A DNA stretch of 64,000 bases, taken from positions 12,615 through 76,614 of the forward strand of contig MU619257.1 of the NCBI GenBank assembly GCA_025201805.1, read 5' to 3'. Numbering within the stretch: position 1 is the stretch's first letter; each line of letters opens with the position of its first letter. The translations under genes were made by a program, and so were the position numbers. This DNA comes from Parasitella parasitica NRRL 2501. Lineage: Eukaryota > Fungi > Mucoromycota. The notes under the pieces were generated by a model, which was not told the origin of the DNA, made no database searches, and saw only the letters and a list, made by a program, of their open reading frames with translations. Below, piece by piece: positions 27,441 to 38,149 of the stretch.

Positions 27441-29434
27441 ATGAGTGAAGGTATGCAATATTATTCCTGCACACATAAGAGGACACCCATACCCACAGAG
27501 TTACTTTGCTGTGTAGTAGTCGGTCATGTCAAAAGCTCACATACCTGTCACTGGAGAGTACCACAGTGGTCTCAGTTACGTCTTGGTATTGAATACAGCA
27601 GCCCGCCATTGCTATTTGATGATTTGAAATGGTAACGTAGCAACCATGCTGGCATACACACATATTTACTTTTTCATACAGGTCGATCAAAGTAAGACTG
27701 CATATAAATGTGTGAATACCCAAGAGCTAACATCAAACGCAGCTATTTAAAGGCAAAATAAAGAGTCCTGATGTAAGTATCGCTTGCATTGCCATTTTGT
27801 AGCTATTGATTGTGCGTACAGATGCTATCCATCTACGTGCAAATCCATGAAACTTCGCCTGGATCGCTGAGAGGAATAAGAAAGAACGTACAGCTCTCAA
27901 TCAAGATCAATAATACAAACCCATCGAGCTATTACAACGATTTTGGCGTAGGAAAAAGTATATTCGGACTTCTTTACATGCAAATAACCTTTCTTACTGG
28001 TTCTGATTAGGGTTGCAGCCCGTTTGGTTTAGTGAGAGTAATGCTCCTTGCTTGTGACAACAAAAAAAAAAAAAGGGAAAACGCTAACATGGGCTTGTAG
28101 AAAACACAAAATGGGGAGAAGATTCATTAGGCACACTATCGAGTATTATTCCTTTTTTGAGTCGAGATCAGCTCTCCTTATCAGTCAACATAACCATCCT
28201 CAAGTCTGAAATGAATAACAAGGCTGCAATCCCAACCATTACTCCGCCTTTTTCCAGGTACATTGATTCATCCGAGTTCTCGGATGTTTCGTTTCGTATT
28301 GTTGAGGAAGACGAGGACTTGGAATATGCCGCAAAAGCAAGCAAAAGGGACAGCTCTTTGCAGAGAGAAACGTCTGCGTCGTCCCCTACTGAACAGCCGC
28401 AGGATGAGGCAGATGCCAAAAAAGAACGTATCTTTCATGGCCATAAGAATATACTGGCTGCTATATCTCCGTGGTTCCATATGCTGTTTACAAATGGCAT
28501 GAAGGAATCACTGCAAAATGAGATCACCATTACTGGTGTCAAGCACGATATATTCTACAGGCTGCTGAAATACTGCTATACGTTCAAAATGGACATTGAT
28601 GGGGTTACGGATGCTTACGAGATGCTCCGAGCCTCAGATCGTTTTCAGATTGTAAATATAAGAGAGGAAGCCTTGTGTTATTTGCGCCAGGAATTGGACG
28701 AGCACAATATATGGGATATTTGGGAATGTGCAGACATGTACGGCTGCGAAAAGACGATAAATACCTGTGTGTCTTATGCCAGTGTGGAAATGAAGACTTT
28801 GGTCAAACATCCTTCGTGGATTTATGCAAAACCACGAGTGATAAAAATGGCGCTAGATATAGAAGTAGGCGACTTGCCTGAAGAAACAGAACTGTACGAG
28901 GCAGTGTTGGCCTGGGCAAGTCAAAGAGGCGCCAATATTACGATGGTTTCAGAAGAGGACAGCAAAGAGGAGCCAAACAAGAAAGATGTTGGTGGCATGT
29001 CCATGACTAGAACACAGCTGCTGTCCTCTGTCGTCAATGTAGAGCCCTTGGCAATATCAGCTGCAGTTATTGAAGATGAAGATGAAGAGGACGAGGACGA
29101 GGAAGAAGAAGAAGAAACAGATTACAGCCATAAAGTAATCACAATACCAGATCCCAAAGAGCTTGAATCAGACTTAGCCAGCGTTCTACAATGCATTCGA
29201 TTTCCAATGATGCCGCCCGAATATCTGGCAAATCGAGTAGAGAGGAATACGTTCATCATGAGTATCGATGGCATGCGGGACATGGTAAGCTGAATAGAGG
29301 CAAAGCTATTACATGCTGGCTAAACGTTTTATTTTCAGTTGTATGAAGCTTACAAATATCATGCGGTTTTAGGGACATCTTCCTCATTTAGATGCCAACC
29401 CCGTAGAGCCCAAATAGAGAACGATGAGCTCTAA
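27441..29434 (+). CDS. BTB/POZ-BACK protein with a probable N-terminal MATH-like region (Cul3 adaptor-like); 5' exon structure uncertain
   Basis: FSDVSF...FHGHKNILAAISPWFHMLFTNGMKES (BTB); ELYEAVLAWA and VLQCIRFPMM (BACK); last exon LYEAYKYHA...CQPRR. Upstream exon HWRVPQWS...YSSPPLLFDDLKW resembles MATH. Confidence 0.8.
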
Positions 29435-29527
29435 TGATTTATACCTATAAAACAAAGAAATGCCAAAAAAGTCCGAAAATCATCCCTTTTACTCGTTTTA
29501 CTCCTTATCTTTCAATAATAAAATAAA

Positions 29528-31243
29528 ATGGATTCAAGTGAATCAGATAGAATACTACCGACTACAAATCACACACGGTATCAGTCAATAGGCCCCACTG
29601 AGCCAGAAGAGCAGGTAACCGCACACACTATTGTCCATTTGGATACATATTGAGCAGTGTCTGCAACTAGGCAAACCCAGTCCAGCATAAAATAGGCGCT
29701 ATCGCACTCGTTGCCATGGCCGTTTTACTGTTTAGTGGTGTGGTCGTTTGCGGACTCACTGCCGCAGATGATCACCCGTCTTTCAATAACGGCACTCACG
29801 TTTTTGCGCCAACCGTCATCTTTATTTCTTTAGATGGAACCGTTAATCAGGATCTTGAATTTCACATTACACCTGTATTAAGTGCAATGGGTAAGTTGGT
29901 GGGTACGGCTAGTGCGATATGCATGTTCTTACAGTATCGTATAGCGGATAATGGAGTTAGGGCAGAATACATGACACCGTCCTTTCCGGTAAGGATGCTC
30001 CCAATACATAGCACACTCTTTTTTATATATATATATATATATATATACTGAGATCCACTGTATACAGCCCATTACCTTTCCAAACCACTGGTCACTAGTT
30101 ACAGGCCTCTACCCAGAAGCGCATGGAATTGTAGGAAACTACTTTTACGATGCTAATCTGAATGATAGCTTTTACTACAAAAGCCCTGACAAAAGCTGGG
30201 ACTCTAAATGGTGGGGTGGTGAGCCGGTAAGAACTTCTTTCATGCATCTGATGCCACAAATATTCACGCATTCTCGTATAGATTTGGATTACTGCTGTGC
30301 AACAGAACAAAAGGTCTGGCGTCATAATGTGGCCTGGATGTAGCACAGAATTCAATGGGGTTCGTCCAAGTTATTCTGTTGCTTACAGTGATTATGTTAC
30401 AATTGACGATAAAGTGGACCAAGTATTCGATTGGGTTGATTTGCCCTTGGAAGATAGACCTCAGTTCATTGGGCTATATGTGCCCGAGATTGATCAATCG
30501 GGCCATGCACATGGACCTTACGCTAACGAGGCAAGCCATTCATACCTGTAGTAACGACAGTACAGTGCAGGCGCTAACTAGCTCTCAAACCTTAGACACT
30601 GTCAGCGTTGCATTTAGCAGACCAAGGTATAGGCCGTCTATTAGAGGGTCTGAAGCAAAGAAATCTGACAGATATAGTCAACGTCATTGTTGTAAGTGAC
30701 CATGGCATGTCAGCAACCGATAGCTCCCGGTTAATCTACTATGATGATGTTTTGACACAAAAAGAACTGGATATGATCTGGACAATCGAAGCTTTTCCTA
30801 CATTAGGCATTCGACCTCGTCTTGACCTCGATCAAGATGAAGTTGTTGAAATACTGTACCAAGCATTCCGCCGACATTACGACTCATTAGAAACACCACA
30901 TTTTAAAGTTTATAAAAAGCAAGACTTTCCAGATCGTTTCCATTTTCGTGACAATGTCAGAATCCCACCTTTGCTTGTACTGCCTGATGCTGGCTGGAAC
31001 TTTGTAAAACATAAAGACTATCATGGTGGCGCACCCTACCAACCTCGCGGTGTCCATGGCTATGACAACTTGTCGCCTGAGTCAAGAGCCATATTTGTTG
31101 CCCAAGGACCCAACTTTCCCAAGGGTAAAACCGCAGCACCCTTTTGGAATATTGAGCTGTACAATGTCATGTCGAGAATTTTGCACTTGAAACCGGCGAG
31201 CAATAATAATACATTAAATGGCATTTTAGAAATTTCTGAATAA
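29528..31243 (+). CDS. NPP1: Ectonucleotide pyrophosphatase/phosphodiesterase (alkaline phosphatase superfamily), type II membrane protein
   Basis: TM anchor, IFISLDG, PSFP|PITFPNHWSLVTGLYPEAHGIVGN, WWGGEP, DQSGHAHGP, VVSDHGM and GVHGYDN. Confidence 0.93.
30023..30046. repeat. (TA)n microsatellite in an NPP1 intron
   Basis: TA dinucleotide run. Confidence 0.85.
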
Positions 31244-31379
31244 AGGTTATTGCCACGTAGCGGAAAGAAAATTATGCTGTGATTTTTGCACATGTCGCGT
31301 AATATGCACAGAGTATTTTCTGCTTGGATGTAATAATCCCTATATCCGTGTTTGTTACAGCGGTAGTAAGCTTTCAGCG

Positions 31380-31600
31380 TTCCAAGGCCTGTCATATTTT
31401 TAGCTGCATTAATGTCTCGTAGCCAAATTGTATGACATGGTTTGCAGACAAGAGCACTTTGACCTTTGACATTTGGACGTGCCTCCAAGCCCTTGGTGAT
31501 ACATTGATTGCAAACTCTGGATGGCAGAAGTTTGTCAGTCGGTATGAACAGAAGGTCACAAGCAGCCTCTCTTTCTTCAAGTAGCGCCACCACAACAGAA
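31380..31600 (-). pseudogene. Fanzor/TnpB (IS200/IS605 OrfB-like) C-terminal relic: decayed RuvC-II, Zn ribbon and RuvC-III
   Basis: LWWRYLKK/EREAACDLLFIPTDKLLPSRVCNQC...LVCKPCHTIWLRDINAAKNM matches the TnpB/Fanzor pattern (xDE..TS..C..C...C..C....RD.NAA.N). It has a frameshift, and K at the position of the RuvC-II Glu. Confidence 0.85.
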
Positions 31601-31853
31601 AAGCAACAGCCTTTCGAGATGCTAGGGGCATTTGACACAAAGATTAATCATTGCACATTGATAGGGTGCCATGTACGGATATACTGTCAAGGTACTGTAT
31701 TTTCAAGAAATGGCATTTCAACTGTCCAGATTGCAAGAGCTTCCCGATAGTTGCTTAAACAGGTCACAATAACCAGCGATGCAAATCGCGGGTAGACTAA
31801 ACATCTTTGGCTTCGCGTTTACTGTTTTCTCTGTTGAGCTTGTTAGGAAGAAA

Positions 31854-33601
31854 ATGACAACGCCAGTGTAAGAATGACGGACGGGAACATCAAGTTATAT
31901 ACTGATTTTTGCTAATATAGAACACAATTTTGCAGTTCCCCATCTGATGATCATAGCGTCATTGAACGCAAACCATCCAGCTATGATGAACTTGAGGGTC
32001 TTCGAGAGCAATTGATTATTAAAAAGCATTCATATAACCAGCAATATGCTAGCATGTACTATATTCGTTTATTGAAAATTCGCCAAGCTCTGTCTGATGC
32101 ATGCGAACTAAAGTGGGCATCATTACCTGGTAGAGCTATGCTGCAAAATGATTCATTGAAAACATACTAATGGCCTTGAAAGAAAAACCTAGATATATTC
32201 ACAAGATTCTCGAGATTCAGCCTGGAGAATTATGCTACATGTTGGGTACGATATATTTAGAAATGCCAGCAAAGCCCAATGTCATGAACAGTTTAGAAGA
32301 TGAGGATACGATCACCAACCCCGAGACGCCGGATAAATACAAAAGCGACGCTGATATTGTATCCTTGGAGGATGAATCAGGGCGAGTCGAGATTTCTGGT
32401 AGTTGCCTGGATAGAGAATTACTGGTTACAGGCACGATTGTTGGTATTTTAGGCAAAGAGATTGCCACAGGCGCATTTGAAGCCATTGATATTTGCTTGC
32501 CTGGCATGGCAGATCAGGATCCTTTACCAGCACAAACACAAGGTAAAAATTGCATGTGCAAATGCCACAGTGTATATTGATATGTATCATAGTTGTAGAG
32601 CACCCAAAATTTGTTGCGATCTTATCTGGATTGAGTATTGGGGCTGATGATCAACTCGATATGAAGACGCAGTTGCTAGCAGAGTTTTTATCTGGTGAGT
32701 TGGGGAGTTCGGCGGATATAGTGTCCAGTTCAAAGATATCTAGAGTTATTTTGGCGGGCAATTCTGTTACGAAAGCGACAAAAGAAGCGATCAAAAGCAA
32801 AGGGCCGGTAAGTCTATGCCCTATTTGGCTGCCGCAAAACGCATGCTCATCAGGACTATTTGATAGAAAAAATATGGCTACGATTCTTCTACATTCGATG
32901 CTTCGCCCATGCTGCAGCTGGATGAGATGCTGGAGGATATCTGCAGCTCAGTTGATGTAGACATCATGCCTGGTCCAACGGATCCAGCACCCTTACACAT
33001 GCCACAGCAACCCATGCACCCTTCCATGCTTAAACGTGCCCATCAACTATCCACATTTCACAGCGTAACAAACCCATACTGGTGCAAAGTAGATAATGTT
33101 ACGTAAGTGGCACGAATAAAACGACGCACTAGACTGTATACTGATCAAGCTGTTTGTAGTTTCCTCGGTACATCAGGCCAAAATATAGACGACATATACA
33201 AATACTTGGATTCAGTGGACCGTATCAAAATGGCTGAAATTTGCATGTTTTGGAGACACATGGCACCTTCAGCGCCTGATACGCTGTGGTCCTATCCATT
33301 CAACGATAGAGATCCTTTTATCATTGAAAGAACGCCTCATGTTTATTTTATCGGTAATCAACCGCAATTCGAAGATAGCCTATTGCTTGGTAAGTACAAA
33401 ATTTAAAACCATGCTAATTGTCTTTACTGACTTCTTGCGTTAGGTCCCAATGGTCAAAAAGTGCGCGTAATTCTAGTACCTTCATTTGCAGAGACTGGTA
33501 TTATGGTGCTTGTGAATCTTGGGACATTAGAATGTAATGCAGTCCACATCAGTGAAAATGGCATTCGAACTGTTGTTGAGAGCATGGAGACAGACGGGTA
33601 G
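31854..33601 (+). CDS. POL31: DNA polymerase delta subunit 2 (B subunit), multi-exon
   Basis: YNQQYASMYYIRL, LEDESGRV, VTGTIVGILG, RVILAGNS, VDIMPGPTDP...PQQPMH, FLGTSGQNIDD, WRHMAPSAPDTLWSYPF.DRDPF and VPSFAETG. Confidence 0.95.
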
Positions 33602-34219
33602 ACCAAATGAGGATCAACGAAATTCAACTGTTTTTAGACTCCAACATAAAAAGCGTATTCAATAAATATTACAGTACTAGTTCCAATGTTGCACTATACC
33701 CTCGGTCCTTGATATGCAACATGAAAATGAATAAGAAGTGCAAGTGTTAGTTTCATTTTGTATGCAATGTCACATATTTTAATGAGTTTAGAAGCCCACA
33801 GGCGATGCGAACAAGTGTAACAATCGAGAACTGGTGCGTAATCAGTTAAGACTTCACTTCTGGATAGCTTAAGCATCCCTTAGTAATCACTTTTTTCGTG
33901 ATTATAATGATTTTAAAGTGGTTACGTATTTTTCATAAAATTCACAAGTAACACCAACAATCGTTCTGATGGCTGTTCTGGAGATGGTGGAAATGCACAA
34001 TTCCACAGCGCTTGTAAACATCATTTTCAATCATATTAACCTTTCTGACTCTGTCAATATTGTCTTTTCTCCTCATAATTTGTGGGACTAATTTTTAATA
34101 TGATTCGTTTAATTTATAGATCAGTAAATCTATGAAGGTCGTACAAAATATATTAATCTTTGATGGTCTTTCAGAACACTCTCTCAACTATTATTCTTTA
34201 TACGGAATTTCCTACAGTA

Positions 34220-34385
34220 CAGTGGCTCCAAGCCCAAAGTTCGCTTTTCCAAATATCGAATTCGCTTTTTTTTTACTTGGCCAAAGTTCCTTTTTGGGAA
34301 ATGGTCCAAATTCGGTTTTGCATAGCTCCAAGTTTGCTTTTGTATTCGGTCAAATTCGCTTTGGTTAGAGCAAAGTTCGCACTTT
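34220..34385 (+). repeat. Probable DNA-transposon end: TA|CAGTGG terminus plus seven periodic CAAA(G)TTCGC-like subterminal repeats
   Basis: Motif copies start at 34235, 34257, 34282, 34307, 34329, 34351 and 34371, spaced 20-25 nt, and each is followed by a T-tract. Confidence 0.6.
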
Positions 34386-34870
34386 CATCAACAACTTTAA
34401 TAGCCTAGGGGCACTCGAAAAAAAATTTCTTCAAAGTAGTTCTAGCAAACTACGGATCAGTGACGGTAATGAAAAAGTTGTAGATAGATTGTTTCTCTTT
34501 TTCCTTTGCCACTTTGCAATGCAAAATTGCTATATTAGTCAGATAGGACAGAATATTCAAAGAGCTTCGAATTACCATTTATAAAATGGAAACCGGGTGC
34601 TTATGTTGTATCTATATAAAGGCTACATTTGTCATATCTAACATAGCTACGATGTACGGATCATGATATTAATTGTTGGTAATTCTTTTGCAATAAGAAG
34701 GAATAAGCTACAAGTTGTAATTGAACCTCTTGCAAGGTTCTAGGCTTATTTAAAAATTACATCAAGATCAGATCAACCCAATTTTCTCTTTTAATGTAAA
34801 ATAGAAGAATAGGTCTGTCCTGGAAGTGCAGTGATTTAATAAGGTTTGACACTTCCTTTCAAACATCAGA

Positions 34871-35324
34871 TGTTATGTGGATAAACATTGATTGAGATAT
34901 GATGTGTCAATATCCCAACCGGAAGTCAAACTCAAGTAAACTCTATCCTGAACACAATTCGAGAACATATCCTAATGAATCATGTTCCTTAATTGTAATT
35001 CAACATTACATGTTCATGGACAATAGATACAATCTGTCATTCCATTCTATAAATCACACCGTGTCTCACACTTGTATCTTATCTCGCCGTCAGTCTACTT
35101 AGATTCACTAGTATATAAACCATCATTTTTTCCATGTGTTAAACGAGATCTTTACCTGATTAATTCCCAACCATTTTATTTGAATAATTTCTCATTCTGA
35201 TAAATCAAGATATATTTTAGTATAAATAGAGACCATATCTTAGGTCAATAAAAGTCTTCAGTTTTGTATCTGGTTTTATTCAGAAAAGTCTTTATTACTT
35301 TATACAAATCATATTTACATAACA
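34871..35324 (+). mobile_element. LTR-retrotransposon long terminal repeat (454 bp)
   Basis: Perfect 8-bp inverted termini TGTTATGT...ACATAACA. Internal TATAAATA (35221) and AATAAA (about 35247). No matching TSD seen. Confidence 0.7.
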
Positions 35325-35747
35325 TTACGCTGCGCCCTTTGACACTGGCACAACAGTGCTGATTATATAAACAAGACGCTGTTAAGCAATCCAGAAATAG
35401 TGCGTATAATTGTTGACTCTCTTATTGGTGGTAATGTATCGATATTTGTATTACGCGTTCGAAAACACTTATGTACAAGTCGTATATATGTAGATATGGA
35501 TGTGGATGTTCCTCCTGATAGCTATTCAGTAGCCCCGACTGAGTGGGCTGATGGCAGTCGGTCAGACACGATTTATGCGTCCGCAAAGCTCCCCCCCCCC
35601 CCCGATTTTAATTGAAACACAATATCGACTTAATCAGGCGAAAATGTATGTGTTTATTAATATGAAAGAAAAGAATTAATAAAACAAATGCTATATTGCA
35701 ATCGATCTTTTTGATCATTATTGCAAGCATTGGGAGACAAGAGAGTT
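35062..35747 (+). repeat. Left arm of a near-identical inverted duplication of about 685 bp
   Basis: Reverse complement of 39141-39823. The ORF track shows near-identical ORFs at 35400-35615(+) and 39273-39485(-). Confidence 0.95.
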
Positions 35748-35799
35748 AGCAAAGATGTACTTTTTTTTCCGCTATTGTCATCAGGACTTCCTTCCAATC

Positions 35800-36425
35800 A
35801 AGCAAGATAAACAGCAATTGCCAGCTTCCTTCAAATCATGGAAAAATGCGTCTACATTTCTTATGGAAGCACTAAAGTAAACTTATTTGGAATTACCTCA
35901 CTGGCTATGGAAATACGAGTATCCATCAAACATAGATCCGCATGAGAGAGAGTTAATCCAAGTAATTCAGTTCGTATTGACTGATTTCGCAAGCAAATGC
36001 AATAGTCAAAAACATGAGTAAGTTGGCTAACATTTTAAGTTTTAGGTATGAATGGATCAACTAATCTAGAACGCACATTCTGGATAGATCGTGTTGTCCC
36101 TTTATTCCAGATATTTGGTGATCAAACAGGGTTATTAAGTTATAAATGGTGCGAAGTTTTCTCTCAAAAATACGCTGAAATTAGTGCAGATATTAGTAAT
36201 TGTAAACCTGGAAATGCACGATACGTAGATGGTATGGGTTATGATATACACGACGAAGAGCGTTTAGTTATGGAATCAAATTTAATGGGTATTTTAAAGG
36301 AACACAATATCATATATGATAAGTTGAAGGCTGAGCATGATGGAGTAATTGAAGTTGATGAAGATATGACTATCAGAGCAAAACTTGATCGTTCAAAAGT
36401 TGACATCGATACATATGAAGACTAG
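35800..36425 (+). pseudogene. Decayed restriction-endonuclease-fold (PD-(D/E)xK-like) multicopy protein fragment
   Basis: LERTFWIDRVVPLF...WCE...RYVDGMG...ERLVMES pattern (E...D...ExS). Upstream stops and an internal deletion. Confidence 0.5.
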
Positions 36426-36722
36426 TGTTTATTATCTCAAAAAAAAAAGACTAGTAATTACTTTTAGGACTCTTTTATACAAGATAAATAAAAAATTAGA
36501 GTTTTTAGTAATAGTTAAAGTTTTCTTTTACAGAGGTTATTATGGGAAAAGTATTTATATGATAATTTTTTTTTTTTTTTTTTTTTTTTTTTGTATGGGA
36601 TGAAAGTTTTATTAGAAATAAAATCATCGTATGAAGGGAATCTAGTGTATGAATCAAGGTGACTAGCCGTATAGAATTCCTTGCTACAATGCCTGGTGTA
36701 TCAGAGCATTCAACAGGTTATA

Positions 36723-36788
36723 CAGGCTAAGGCAGTTTGAGGCAGTCTAAGGTAGTCTGAGGCAGTTTGAGGCAGGCTAAGGCGGTCT
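36723..36788. repeat. 10-bp minisatellite (GGCAGTCT[A/G]A-like, about 6 units)
   Basis: caggctaa ggcagtttga ggcagtctaa ggtagtctga ggcagtttga ggcaggctaa ggcggtct. Confidence 0.85.
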
Positions 36789-37380
36789 TGCGATTTGCTC
36801 AGGCCCATACTTTTTATATTAATAATAGTCATCTCCTCCAGCTCTAAAACCACTTCTCCATTTTTCATCTTCTGCGCTTTGAGAAATATCTTCTACGAGG
36901 TACTCATTTCCCCTAAGCATCTCAATGCCGAACTCAACAGCAACCTCATCAACTTTCATTCCCTCAGTCATAAAATTATTGAAGTTTTTGTCTGGGATAT
37001 AGTTAAGATAGTCTATTTTTATTTAGCCCTTGTTGTATAACCTTACATTTTCTTTCCTTCCACTTGGCGAACTGGTCCAGGCAATGCAGTTATTCCAACT
37101 ATTGTGCTCATTATGGCCTTTTTAATTTTCCTTTTTTATTTAATAAAATTTCTCATTTAACCGTATAACCTTTCATTGTACCCTGTCAAGTAGAATGTCA
37201 CTGTGAATTAGTCTTGTCAATTAGTAATCTAAATAAGTCACCATAAATTTATGTAGTTGTAAAAGGTATAAATCGCAGATGCAATTTCGATCTTAAATAA
37301 AGTATCTTAAACTTTTCGTATCTCGTTAACCTCTGGTGTTACCTTTTTTGTATCCAACAACAATGCGGTTTTGAGGATGC

Positions 37381-37872
37381 TGCCTAGGATATAGATCAAG
37401 TCTTAGCGGTAATTTATTATACCTTGTATAATACATCATAAAGCGAGCATGAGTAGAAATGCGTAGTAGAATGGGATGACTTTATTTAGACATGGCAAAG
37501 AGATATGAGTGGTGCTGTTGATATCCTATGACATTTTTCGTTCCTGAAATCAGTGTTAAATCCTGATGAATATTCTTCCACTATAGCTACTATGAAGAAC
37601 ATTATATCCTTTATACGTATCTGTGCTTTTGTCTTGATGGTAATTCGGAAATTCTTTTTCACCAAGCTCCAAGGGATTGGTTCATCAAGGCGTACCCAAT
37701 TGTCCATCATCCTAGATCATGGTCCTATTGCTGCGGCACTGTCAAAAAACTATTAGTATCTTCAAAATGTACACTAGTTTATATCATCATTCAACCTTGG
37801 AATAGCAAAATATAAATATGTTCAGTTCTAATTGTTTTTTTTTCTGTCTAGATATATTTCGTTATTCTAAAC
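37381..37872 (+). repeat. Degenerate dispersed repeat, copy 2 (retains a 61-nt GT-AG segment missing in copy 1)
   Basis: Colinear with 671-1125; extra segment at 37409-37469. Confidence 0.8.
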
Positions 37873-38149
37873 AGATGCAAATGTTTCAAAGATTGAGCTT
37901 GAGATAGCTTCTCATTCATGTTGTTACACTACTCTTGATGTTGACTCGAGAAATACTGAACCAAACCGTCGTATATTGAGACTTAGCGCCCAAGAACATC
38001 TCTCGAACGGATTCTCTATCATGTTGTGAATCATTGTCGACATTAGACTTGGGGACCGGATAACTCCGAAGGTCACTGAGGTCAATAGAACCTTGACTCT
38101 CACCTCCCTCTTCCTCTCAGGAAAGGGAATCTGCACCTGCTTGATATCT

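Noticed and set aside
31060-31638. 192-aa minus-strand ORF as a functional gene
   Set aside because: It has a non-ATG start and is a chimera of Fanzor relic, intergenic DNA and antisense NPP1.
34235-34385. CRISPR array
   Set aside because: The repeats are only about 10-14 nt and degenerate, the spacers about 10 nt, the context is eukaryotic and there are no cas genes.
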